From contig CANJPM010000003.1 of the NCBI GenBank assembly GCA_947476075.1, forward strand, positions 434 through 64,433: 64,000 bases of DNA. Direction: 5' to 3'. Positions 9,694-19,248 of this stretch are shown here, piece after piece. A model generated the notes under the pieces. It was not told the DNA's origin. It saw only the letters and a program-made list of their open reading frames with translations, and ran no database searches. Every line of letters starts with the position of its first letter. Within the stretch, counting starts at the first letter, position 1. Made by a program: the position numbers and the translations under genes. Source of the DNA: Beijerinckiaceae bacterium (lineage in GTDB: Bacteria; Pseudomonadota; Alphaproteobacteria; Rhizobiales; Beijerinckiaceae).

Positions 9694-11931
9694 TCACATG
9701 TTGGCTCCCCTCTTGATTTCGTGGAGAATGCTTTCTGCTGTAGACGCCCAAGAAGTCGGCCGATACGCACTTTTAACGCGATCAGACAATTCTACTAATT
9801 TTTCTCTATGGGAAAGGAAGTAGGAGATAGCAGCCGCCCAGCTTTCTGCACTATATGGCGACGCAAAAATAGTAAGCTCAGGTGCAATCTCCAGCATGCT
9901 TGAGACACCGGAACTAATGCAAGGCCTACCAGCTTTAAGGCTTTCTGCCACAGGGAGCCCCCACCCCTCATACAAAGCTGGGAAAAGTGAGAAAAGACAA
10001 TTCTCATACAACCACTGCAATTCCTGATCGTCGACATCTGTCGCTATCTGAACCAATTCATTAAGAACGCGGTCATTATTGACTTGGAAGGTTACATCTC
10101 CATCCATAAAACCTCTCCTCCCAACCAGAATAAGCTTCGGAAGCTTGGAGTCATGATGCTGAGCAAGCAACCGGTATGCATTGAGGAGACAAGTCTGATT
10201 CTTGCGCACCTCAAGTGTGCCAACAGAAAGTAGAAAATCGCCACCATTGCCAAAACGCGTCACCTCCTTAGTCTTAGGACCAAGCGGGGAGAAATCCTCA
10301 CCCAAGCGGATAACCTTTATGCATCCAGCCCTCTCTTCATCGAGAGCGAACAAAGAGACCATGTCATTCTTGGTGCATGCAGAAATAGAAAACGCGCCGT
10401 CGCATAAAGCAAATACATCCTTGCTCCAGCCACGAAAATAGTCACCAAAACCAATCCCCTGCTCGTAAAAATATGGGAAAATTGCTGGAATTAGATCATA
10501 AAAAACCTGATAAAATTTGACACCTTCAGCTTTGATCTTTTGGATTTGCTCCCGGTAGGACGCTAATGCCCACCCCGCACCCGCAGTAAAAAATACGTCC
10601 CCTTCGGAAAAACGCACAGCTTCTCCCAACCTGAAATTCCGAAAGTCACCTTCGAGCAAATGGAAGCAGCCAACTTTTTCATCAAGCGCCACGAACTGGA
10701 TTTCCGGATGCAGATCTCGCATGGCCACTGCAAGGCAAAATACTGTGCGAGGAATTCCCGTCACATGACCCTGCCAATGTAACAAAGTGGAATAGTCAAA
10801 GTATATTTTCATCTTCTTGGCCCCGGGGAGTCCTGGATAGTGATTTGCTAATACGTCAAGCATGCAAGAAGCGGTGAGATCCCAGCTTGTTTGCTTGTAA
10901 GCTAATTTTACTAATTCCGAAGCCTGCTTCAGTTTTCCGGGGTTGTCGGTAAACTCGCGTATCGCATTCACCCATTCATCCAAAAGTAACGGATGTGCAT
11001 GTTTTACCAGCCCAGGCGCAATCTCACGCATGCTAGACGTACCAGAGGCTATGCATGGCTTGCCGAAAGAAAGACTTTCCGCAACTGGAAGGCCCCAACC
11101 CTCATAGATAGATGGATAGACCGTAAAAAGGGCCTCACTATAAAGATGCTGAAGGTCTCCATCAGATACACCCTGCAAGATAAACACACGGCCAAAAAGA
11201 CGCGGGTCATTAGCAACTTGGTATTCGATGTCGTGATCTAGCCAGCCTTTTTTTCCTACAATCAAAAGATTTGGCGGCTTATACTTTTGTATGTCAACCA
11301 TATAACGATAGGCGTTCAGAAGCAAAATATGATTTTTGCGATACTCCAAGGTGCCAACGGAAAGGATGTAAGGAGATTCAGTATATTCAATTATGCGCTG
11401 TGTGGGCAGCTCGCACGAAGTTGGCAATTGGTCTCCGAGGCGGATAGGAAATATTTCTGGACATTTTAATCCGCTTGCACTGGCATATGAAATAATATCC
11501 TTACGAGTATGTTCGGAATTAGAAAATGCCAAGTCAGAAGACGAAAGCGCTTCCTTGAACCATCTCTCATATTTTTCCGAGAATCCGGTACCGTAAGAAT
11601 ATGGAAGAATTATAGGAATAATATCGTGAAAAAAGGTTACTATTTTTACGCCATTTTCTCGTAAACTTATCAACCGGGCATGGTGAGCTGGGTAATCCCA
11701 GTTGGCGCCAACCGTTACGACCACGTCGCCTGCGGTAACCTTAATCAATTCTCCACGCCGCCGTCGCTCAATGTCATAATGAGCACAGCCGCCGGTGTGA
11801 TCAAAAATGCCCAACAGAACCGATGGTGAAGCGCTACACAAATGCTGTCCTGCCTCAAGCACAACCCTCTGGATCCCAGTGGGATGCCCCGCCCAACTCG
11901 CGAGCGTTGTGCAATCAAAAATCAACTTCAT
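9694..11931 (-). CDS. Two-module GT4 glycosyltransferase (WbdA/WbpX-like)
   Basis: Two ~370-aa repeats, each starting MK(L/I)xFD..H.TGI.R and containing VGTLExRKN and (S/A)xYEGWGLPVAESL; second module starts at ATG 10812. Confidence 0.92.
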   Translation of the reverse strand: MKLIFDCTTLASWAGHPTGIQRVVLEAGQHLCSASPSVLLGIFDHTGGCAHYDIERRRRGELIKVTAGDVVVTVGANWDYPAHHARLISLRENGVKIVTFFHDIIPIILPYSYGTGFSEKYERWFKEALSSSDLAFSNSEHTRKDIISYASASGLKCPEIFPIRLGDQLPTSCELPTQRIIEYTESPYILSVGTLEYRKNHILLLNAYRYMVDIQKYKPPNLLIVGKKGWLDHDIEYQVANDPRLFGRVFILQGVSDGDLQHLYSEALFTVYPSIYEGWGLPVAESLSFGKPCIASGTSSMREIAPGLVKHAHPLLLDEWVNAIREFTDNPGKLKQASELVKLAYKQTSWDLTASCMLDVLANHYPGLPGAKKMKIYFDYSTLLHWQGHVTGIPRTVFCLAVAMRDLHPEIQFVALDEKVGCFHLLEGDFRNFRLGEAVRFSEGDVFFTAGAGWALASYREQIQKIKAEGVKFYQVFYDLIPAIFPYFYEQGIGFGDYFRGWSKDVFALCDGAFSISACTKNDMVSLFALDEERAGCIKVIRLGEDFSPLGPKTKEVTRFGNGGDFLLSVGTLEVRKNQTCLLNAYRLLAQHHDSKLPKLILVGRRGFMDGDVTFQVNNDRVLNELVQIATDVDDQELQWLYENCLFSLFPALYEGWGLPVAESLKAGRPCISSGVSSMLEIAPELTIFASPYSAESWAAAISYFLSHREKLVELSDRVKSAYRPTSWASTAESILHEIKRGANM

Positions 11932-11934
11932 AAC

Positions 11935-14919
11935 TCAGAACAATCCATCATCTTGAGAAACTACATCGCGGACAAAGGCAGGAAGCGACTCGAGAATCAC
12001 CTCCCACGTAAGTGCAGCGACGCTATCGCTGCGTGGATAACGTTCTAGAGGATGAGATTTGACCACAAGCCTAGCAAGCCCATCCGCATCTGCAGTAAGC
12101 GAGACACCACCTTCATTGGAGAAATTCTCAAACCCCCTGAAGGAGAACTCAGACCCCAGCACGCACTTACCTGACAATAAGGCTTGGGCTGTCTTGAGGT
12201 TTGATCCCCCCCCCTCCCAGATCGGCAGAACAACACCGCTAGAGCACATAATAGCCGAAGTGATATCGTCTCCTGGTACTGGGCCAAGAATATGTAACCA
12301 AGGAAAGTCGTCTTGGCGGAAGCCCACGGCCTCGTTGACCAAGCAATTTCCCACACTACCCAGCACCCACAACGCCATCCTTTTCGTCCCATCATCGAGC
12401 AATTTCAGTGCCTTTAATAAATCACGCAGACCGTTGATGTTAGGTGGGTGACAACTCCCAACGAAAACCCAATTTCTATCCTGAGCAGAAAAGCGCCTTC
12501 TCCACTTATCGTCTTCCGAGGTCGCTCCTAACTTTGAATGCCCATTAGAGTACACACTGATAGCTTTAGAAGGAGAAACATCTCGAATATAATCTGCATC
12601 GTCCGATGTGACTGCTATAGCAGCTGAACAAGAACGGATAGCAGCCTTCTCAATTGCATCTACATATGCAGCATACTTACTTGCTAAAACAGCAGGGTAA
12701 TACTTTTTATAGATTTCTCTCTTTATATGAACCTCGATGTTTTGTGAACTATAGATGACACTAACTCTTTTACAAATTATGCCATCATTCATAAGCCGTT
12801 CAACCAACGGCCATAAGAAAGGCTGCTCTATTATAATTGAGTCCGGAGAATAATCGCGAACCAAGTTAGCGACTTTTGAGTAACAGGCGGACTCGTGATC
12901 AAGATAAGTGTTTATTCCAAAATCAGACGTTATGCCATCAATGCCTAAGCTGCCCCATTTTCGTTTGTCGAGGACAACAGATTTCGTTCTGGTGTCAGAG
13001 TATTCTCCCCATTCAAAAGACAACGTCTGAACATCGAAGCGCGTCCTAAGCGCATTACGAATGTGATGACAGCGTAACTTGCCGCCATGATCCGGGTTTT
13101 CTAAGCTGTAAGTTGTCATTTGCAAAATTCTTGATCGTCCGTCCTCTTTTGACGCACTGCGGGCATTAACACGACCAACATCAGCATAACGGACAATGCC
13201 GGATTGACTGCTAATTTTTTGCTGCTCCCACCAACTCTCTATGTAAACTGGTAATTTTCCAACACGACTGAACCGACCTGAAAACTCAGTCCCAAAGAAC
13301 GACATTTTCACATCAGAAGCCCGAACAATTCGCTCGCAAGGTAGTGAGCCTTGCCGCCCAGATCCTACAAAACCAGCGCCATGATGCACAATGAAATTGG
13401 ACTGAGAAAGACCGCGTAGCCTTGTCTTAATGATAGGAAAGCGATTAAGAAAAGCACGCACCCGGCTAGCCAAACGAGGCCGCGAGACGACCCAATTTCT
13501 TACAAGCAATATCGCATAAGGCATGACGATACTAAGCCTGAAATCTCTTTTTAGAGTGAGGTAGCCCACCGCCCATTGAGCAAAAAGTCGGGCCTTATAC
13601 GTGACTGAACGGAATGGTGCGGTGATTCGCCACGAACGGCTTTGATAAATGGCCATAAGCTGCTGGGCGGCCTGTTGGGCTTTGGCTTCTGCATGCCGAG
13701 TTTCGGCTTCAGCCAGCTGAATCTTTACTTGAGCTTGCTGAGCTTTTGTCTCAGATACATGGTGACCGAAGCGTATATACCTATCAAATACATTTGGTGG
13801 GTAACGCAAGAAAGCCAACAACTCCAGCCTCTCAGAAGCTAGATAAAAACGATTTAATCCATCAGTATAGGCTAAGAGATAGTTAGCGCCTGTTAGAACA
13901 ACCTCCCAGTCGTGATGAACTTCTTCTTGCGAGTTGGGTTTCGTAGCTTCAACGACGACAATCCATGGACGGAATTTGTCAAAATCCATCCCGTAAATTA
14001 CTTCTTTCTCAAAACCTTCGACATCGATCTTTAAGAAATGAATATCTTTTTTAGCATGTTCAGCGCAAATGTCACGCAATGGGAAAACTGGCACCTTCTG
14101 CCAAGCGCCAACATGTCCATTCGCTTCATGCATTGCAATTACATCTAGAGATGCAGTCGCCCATCCGCGTACGTTGCTTTCCCATATATCAATGTGCCCA
14201 TGCAGATCTCCTGCAGCGCAAAACAGATTAATGTCTCTATTGCGCGCTATGCTCAAATCATCAAAATGAGACTTTATTGGTTCGATATTAACTCCGCTCC
14301 AACCTCTATCGTAAAAAGCTTTTGTCACAGAATCGACAACCGGATCATTGGCTCCGACATCGATATAAAAACCATTTTTGATATGCTTAAGCGCTCGAAA
14401 TAGCATAACATCTTCGTAGTTTTGGGAAAACGTTATAAAATCTCCTTTTAAGTTAGCGCCCTCAAATGCAATAAAACCTTCTTCAATTCTAACGATTGTA
14501 TTCACCCCATATAGATGGGCGATTATAGCCAATCGACGGTGACCATCAAGTTGACCACACTGTTCACTGATAAAAATAGGAGGAAAATCATTTTTCTCTG
14601 AAGGAGATTTGAACCCACAGCTCTCAATATCATTCTTCAACTTTATAAATTTGTTCCAGGTGAAATCATTTACTCCGATACTGGATCCTTTTATTTTTGA
14701 GCAATATACATTGAAAAAATTTTCACAATTTTTCTCAAGGCTAATATAAAATGGCGACTCTAGAATAGAGTCAACAATGATTGTTCCTTGATCAACCCAG
14801 TGTCCAATTGGTAAATCAATCAACTTAATATAACCATTTTTTGGGAGTGGAGCTCGCTTATAATTTGATATACATTTTACATCCATGACATTACCCTTGG
14901 ATTCACCCGCGACGTGCAC
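11935..14919 (-). CDS. Multidomain protein: ParB/Srx-like N-domain + FkbM methyltransferase + coiled coil + GT-B-like glycosyltransferase domain
   Basis: DGHRRL at aa125-130; FSQNYEDVMLFRAL...YIDVGAN...GVNIEP...LKIDVEGFE (FkbM); Q/A/E-rich helix ending YQSRSWRITAPFR; C-terminal FVGSCHPPN...GGGSNLKTAQAL. Confidence 0.85.
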   Translation of the reverse strand: MHVAGESKGNVMDVKCISNYKRAPLPKNGYIKLIDLPIGHWVDQGTIIVDSILESPFYISLEKNCENFFNVYCSKIKGSSIGVNDFTWNKFIKLKNDIESCGFKSPSEKNDFPPIFISEQCGQLDGHRRLAIIAHLYGVNTIVRIEEGFIAFEGANLKGDFITFSQNYEDVMLFRALKHIKNGFYIDVGANDPVVDSVTKAFYDRGWSGVNIEPIKSHFDDLSIARNRDINLFCAAGDLHGHIDIWESNVRGWATASLDVIAMHEANGHVGAWQKVPVFPLRDICAEHAKKDIHFLKIDVEGFEKEVIYGMDFDKFRPWIVVVEATKPNSQEEVHHDWEVVLTGANYLLAYTDGLNRFYLASERLELLAFLRYPPNVFDRYIRFGHHVSETKAQQAQVKIQLAEAETRHAEAKAQQAAQQLMAIYQSRSWRITAPFRSVTYKARLFAQWAVGYLTLKRDFRLSIVMPYAILLVRNWVVSRPRLASRVRAFLNRFPIIKTRLRGLSQSNFIVHHGAGFVGSGRQGSLPCERIVRASDVKMSFFGTEFSGRFSRVGKLPVYIESWWEQQKISSQSGIVRYADVGRVNARSASKEDGRSRILQMTTYSLENPDHGGKLRCHHIRNALRTRFDVQTLSFEWGEYSDTRTKSVVLDKRKWGSLGIDGITSDFGINTYLDHESACYSKVANLVRDYSPDSIIIEQPFLWPLVERLMNDGIICKRVSVIYSSQNIEVHIKREIYKKYYPAVLASKYAAYVDAIEKAAIRSCSAAIAVTSDDADYIRDVSPSKAISVYSNGHSKLGATSEDDKWRRRFSAQDRNWVFVGSCHPPNINGLRDLLKALKLLDDGTKRMALWVLGSVGNCLVNEAVGFRQDDFPWLHILGPVPGDDITSAIMCSSGVVLPIWEGGGSNLKTAQALLSGKCVLGSEFSFRGFENFSNEGGVSLTADADGLARLVVKSHPLERYPRSDSVAALTWEVILESLPAFVRDVVSQDDGLF

Positions 14920-15030
14920 TGCTTGTTACCGATAGATTGAAGCGTGATTGTTTTGTTTCTCTAAAAAGGTAAGATTATACATAAGCGGATGTCTGGCATC
15001 ATTAAACCGAAAATATGTTACAGACGAATG

Positions 15031-15605
15031 GCGCAAGATACATGGGAAGATATTTTGCCCCGGGGCTCTTTTCTACATGTTGGGGCAGCGATAGATGGCC
15101 TCCACGCTCGCCACCCAATCAACGAATCCAAAAGGATTAGCCCAACTTCATACCCTCACGAAATAGGAAGCTCCGCGGCATTAACGAGCCACGCTTGATC
15201 GTAAACGCAGCAACGTTTTATCCGTAGCACAAACGCTTGACGTATCAACGGCAAGACTGCGTTCCACTCGATCGTTGCTTTGTACCTGTCGATAGTCCCG
15301 TTTTCCAGCGCGCCGCGGACAAAACCGAGTCCCAGCGTTAACCCCGAATCTTGGCATGAAACTTTTTCAAGTCAAACACAGCCGAGCCGCATCAAGCTTT
15401 TCCTCCTCCGAAACCCCGGCCGTCCCTTCGAAAAGCATCTTGCCCCAAACTGTAATCTGATTGTGTTGAACGTCAAATAACTTGGCCAATTCGGCAGACA
15501 TTTCCTCTCCATTGACGGTGGGAAAGCCAGTGCTCATTTTAGATTTTTCCTTAAAGTCCGGCGCAGTCTGATCGTCATGCGCTCCGTTGCCTCGTACATT
15601 ACACC
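15031..15605 (-). pseudogene. IS3-family orfA/orfB remnant
   Basis: ATG at 15578 (MTIRLRRT); frameshifted ...AELAKLFDVQHNQITVW..MLFEGTAGV, KKFHAKI, and VEAIYRCPNM*KRAPGQNIFPCILR resembling IS3 OrfB IEAIYRRPNTSKPAPGHKIYPYLLR. Confidence 0.72.
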
Positions 15606-15820
15606 ACGTGCAGCAAATTTTTGTCTTATCCAAGCCGTGCATTTTTTTCGGCGCTACCACTAAACGCCCTCGACAAGGCGAAACTGGGCTGGTCTGGGAC
15701 AAATAGTAATCTATAGATTTACAAATGTTCGCAATAGCTTTTCACCTGTTCAGGTAACAAACTGCCCTATTGGCCCGGCTTGTATGTTCGTTGCCAGGAA
15801 GTTTGGAAGTTGAACACGGT

Positions 15821-16855
15821 ATGAGCAAAACAGCCCTTATCACCGGCGTGAGTGGTCAAGATGGCGCGTATCTCGCGCGCTTCTTGCTCGAGCTGGGCTA
15901 TAGGGTTGTCGGATCTCAGCGTCGATCTTCCTCCTTGAATACTGCGCGTCTGGCTTATCTTGGCATCGAGAAAGATGTCGAATACGTCGACATGGATCTT
16001 GTCGAAATCACCAATGTCATGCGTGTCGTTGAAGAATTCGAACCAGATGAGATATACAACCTTGCAGCACAGAGCTTTGTGGGCCTCTCATTCGAGCAGC
16101 CAATTTATACGGCAGACGTAGACGGACTTGGAGTTACGCGACTTCTTGAATCTATCCGTGTGATTAATTCAAAAATCAAATTCTATCAGGCGTCGACCTC
16201 GGAAATGTTCGGCTCTGTTGAGCAAACGCCACAGACTGAGAATACTCCGTTTTTTCCGCGCAACCCCTATGGAATTGCGAAGCTTTACGCCCATTGGATG
16301 ACGACCAATTATCGAGAAACCCATGGAATTCATGCATGCTCGGGTATCTTGTTCAATCATGAATCGCCTCTGCGCGGGAGAGAGTTTGTAACGCGCAAAA
16401 TCACCTCGCAGCTCGCGATGGTGAAGCATGGTCATCAAGATTATATGTCGCTCGGAAATATTGACGCCAAGCGGGATTGGGGCTTTGCAGGAGATTATGT
16501 AACGGGTATGTGGCGGATGCTGCAGAGCGAGAAGCCCGGTTCCTACGTCCTCGCTACAGGCGAAGCAAAGTCAGTGCGCGACTTCGCGCAGGTAGCAGCT
16601 CTAGAGCTCGGTTTCGATGTTGTTTGGGTCGGAAACGGCGTCGATGAGCGCGGAGTTGATCGTAAAACGAACCGCACGATCATAACAATTGATCCAAAAT
16701 ACTATCGACCAATCGTCGTTGAATCGCTGGTGGGGTCTCCACTGAAGGCGGAGATGGAGCTCGGCTGGACGCGCAAGGTTGGCTTTGCCGAGCTTGTTGG
16801 CGCAATGGCTCGCTCTGACGACAAGCAGGCTCAAGACCGATCGCTAGCTTTTTGA
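15821..16855 (+). CDS. gmd: GDP-mannose 4,6-dehydratase
   Basis: KTALITGVSGQDGAYLA, YNLAAQSFV, FYQASTSEMFG, PRNPYGIAKLY, GILFNHESPLRG, RDWG. Confidence 0.97.
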   Translation: MSKTALITGVSGQDGAYLARFLLELGYRVVGSQRRSSSLNTARLAYLGIEKDVEYVDMDLVEITNVMRVVEEFEPDEIYNLAAQSFVGLSFEQPIYTADVDGLGVTRLLESIRVINSKIKFYQASTSEMFGSVEQTPQTENTPFFPRNPYGIAKLYAHWMTTNYRETHGIHACSGILFNHESPLRGREFVTRKITSQLAMVKHGHQDYMSLGNIDAKRDWGFAGDYVTGMWRMLQSEKPGSYVLATGEAKSVRDFAQVAALELGFDVVWVGNGVDERGVDRKTNRTIITIDPKYYRPIVVESLVGSPLKAEMELGWTRKVGFAELVGAMARSDDKQAQDRSLAF

Positions 16856-18019
16856 TCAACGAATATTAAAGGCGTTTCCAGCACGTCGATAGATCTCCAT
16901 CGTCTGCAAGGCTGCAACCTCCCACGTTAGAGAATCTGACCCACGCGTATCGCTCAGGCCAGAGCTTTGAGACGCATCGGATAGCGCCTCGCTCCAACGA
17001 TCAATATTCATTGTCTCTACAAAAAGACCGACCCCGCAGCTCGCCTCATGATGTGGCGGTATATCAGACGCAATGATGCGCGCACCTGCTGCTCGCGCCT
17101 CCGCAATGGGCATCCCGAACCCCTCATACATAGAAGGATAGAACATAGCGCGCGCGCTCGCGTAAAGATCGCGGAGCTCATCGTCTGAAACGTAACCAAG
17201 CAAGCGCAATGAACCGCTTTGTATGAGCCGCTCCGCCTCCTTGGGCATAGTCGCTCGGGACCAGCCTTTCATGCCCGCCAGGACGAGCGGGAAACGCTGC
17301 TGAATAGGCGCAGGGCATTGCGCATAGGCGCGAATAAGCGTTGCAAGATTCTTGCGTGGCTCAAGTGTGCCAACACATAAAAAATATAGATCTGCTGTGA
17401 GGTCGTGCTTGGCCATGGTTGCCGATACTGAGGCCGTACGAAAGAAGACATCGTCGACCCCCGGCGTTGCGACCACAATTTTTTGGCGATCAACGCCGTA
17501 GTAATCGACAATTTCTTTAGCCGTAAATTCGGAGATCGTATGGATGACAGGCACACTGGAGATCTGCTTGTCCAGCCCCTCCATCCACCGAATTCGCTCA
17601 ATTGGATGGTGCTGCGGAAAGCGCTTGTTTGACAAGTCGTAGATCACCGGAACGAACGGCAAACTTGAGAATGATGGCGGACGATAGAGAAAAGCGTGGA
17701 AGAAATCAGGCCGTACATATGGGACCGTTGCACGATAGAAGCCTGCACGCAGAATTTGACAAGCTTTGCGCACAAGACGGATACTGAGCAACAATTGAGT
17801 AGCGGAATGCTTGACGTCGCCGATCACGGGTGCAGGCTCGTAATGAGCAGACGTAACACGCTGCCAATCGAACACATTGAACGCAAGATAATCGACATCA
17901 GCGGTAAGCTGCGTAATCGCCCGCATCAAGGAAACCTGGTACTTGCCGACACCCGTTCGCAAATTCAGAAACGGCCTTAAATCGACTGCGATACGATGCT
18001 TAACTGGGCGCCTAACCAT
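16856..18019 (-). CDS. GT4 glycosyltransferase (WbpY/WbkA-like)
   Basis: TGVGKY, VGTLEPRKNL, YPSMYEGFGMPIAEA; start taken at ATG 18019, overlapping the upstream gene stop. Confidence 0.92.
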   Translation of the reverse strand: MVRRPVKHRIAVDLRPFLNLRTGVGKYQVSLMRAITQLTADVDYLAFNVFDWQRVTSAHYEPAPVIGDVKHSATQLLLSIRLVRKACQILRAGFYRATVPYVRPDFFHAFLYRPPSFSSLPFVPVIYDLSNKRFPQHHPIERIRWMEGLDKQISSVPVIHTISEFTAKEIVDYYGVDRQKIVVATPGVDDVFFRTASVSATMAKHDLTADLYFLCVGTLEPRKNLATLIRAYAQCPAPIQQRFPLVLAGMKGWSRATMPKEAERLIQSGSLRLLGYVSDDELRDLYASARAMFYPSMYEGFGMPIAEARAAGARIIASDIPPHHEASCGVGLFVETMNIDRWSEALSDASQSSGLSDTRGSDSLTWEVAALQTMEIYRRAGNAFNIR

Positions 18020-19151
18020 TTTCTGCACAACTTTCCGATATGCTGCATAGCAGCTCTTCGAGCCGCGATTGATAGGTCGCCTGATCATAGAGCGCGGAAG
18101 CGCGAGCCCGCGCATTTGTTGAAAGTTTGCAGCGCATAGCATCATCTGTGAGCAGCGTATTGATTGCAGCCGCTAGCCCAATAACGTCGCCCGGAGAGAT
18201 CGTCAGAGCTTCGATCCCGTGGCGGGCGACTTCAGGAACTGCGGTTGGAATTTGAGTGTTCACGATTGCGCATCCGCAAGCCATAGCCTCTACCTGCGCT
18301 ATGCCAAATGTTTCTGCAGAGCTAATAGACGGAAATGCAAAAACTGAGGCGGCGTTCAGCAGTGCGATAAGGTCACATTGTGAAAGAGATCCGACCAGTT
18401 CAACGCGATGATTAAGCCCTGCTTCATTAATCAGAAATTGCAGCGCATCCCGCTCCGTGCCCTCGCCAACGATGGCGATGCGCGCCTGAATGTGCCTCGC
18501 AGCCTCGATGAGAACATCGAAACCTTTGTACTTGACGAGTCGACCACAGGCCGCCACGAGAGGCAATTTCTCGCCATCGAGCTCTTGTTTGAACGCAGCT
18601 CCACTGTCGGAATTGAAGATGTCCGTGTCGACTGCGTATGGAATGATTGCGCACTTGTCTCGAAACGCCTCGAGGATAGATCCAGCGTAGGCGATCGTCG
18701 GGTGCGAGATGATGATGCGATCTGCTCTCTTCAATGATCTCCGTATCAACGGCTTGATCAGCCGATAGATCAACTTCTGCGAGACTATATGCGAATGCCA
18801 ATAGATAACTAGCTTCTGGCGACGTCGTAGGAACAGGCCGAACACAAGATCGGCGAGCGGGAAAGGCGCATGCATCATAAGCACGTCAGCTTTGCGCGAG
18901 CGGAGCCAAAGCACAAAGGGATAGATCGGTGCGATGGGCAGCGACATCAGATCGCCCCATGAGCGCACGCTCTCTAAGACGACACCGTTGCTGACTTCTA
19001 TCGGTCTTGGTGTCTTGCTGGTGACGAGGATCGATTGTTCAAACTTCTCAGGCGCCAATCGCGATACGATATCGATCACGTACGGGATACCGCCAAAAAC
19101 ATCGGGATAGAAGACTTTGTATGAATGCAAAATGTGTATCTTCGGGCGCAT
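18012..19151 (-). CDS. GT4 glycosyltransferase (WbpZ-like)
   Basis: ILHSYKVFYPD..GGI, YWHSHIV, GRLVKYKG, ETFGIAQVEAMACG. Confidence 0.92.
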   Translation of the reverse strand: MRPKIHILHSYKVFYPDVFGGIPYVIDIVSRLAPEKFEQSILVTSKTPRPIEVSNGVVLESVRSWGDLMSLPIAPIYPFVLWLRSRKADVLMMHAPFPLADLVFGLFLRRRQKLVIYWHSHIVSQKLIYRLIKPLIRRSLKRADRIIISHPTIAYAGSILEAFRDKCAIIPYAVDTDIFNSDSGAAFKQELDGEKLPLVAACGRLVKYKGFDVLIEAARHIQARIAIVGEGTERDALQFLINEAGLNHRVELVGSLSQCDLIALLNAASVFAFPSISSAETFGIAQVEAMACGCAIVNTQIPTAVPEVARHGIEALTISPGDVIGLAAAINTLLTDDAMRCKLSTNARARASALYDQATYQSRLEELLCSISESCAENG

Positions 19152-19248
19152 CGATCATCACCAATCAGCGCGATTCAGCGCCGCAAAGCGCAAGCCGCAA
19201 TTGAATCACCCCGCTGTGGCGCATCTATAACGCAGGGTACGTAAAAAG

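Noticed and set aside
14425-14450. Strong AAGGAGA before ATA at the FkbM junction, suggesting a lost start codon and a recent fusion
   Set aside because: FITFSQN aligns with the family FISYAQN, so the Ile is a conserved residue rather than a mutated Met. The SD-like sequence may be chance.
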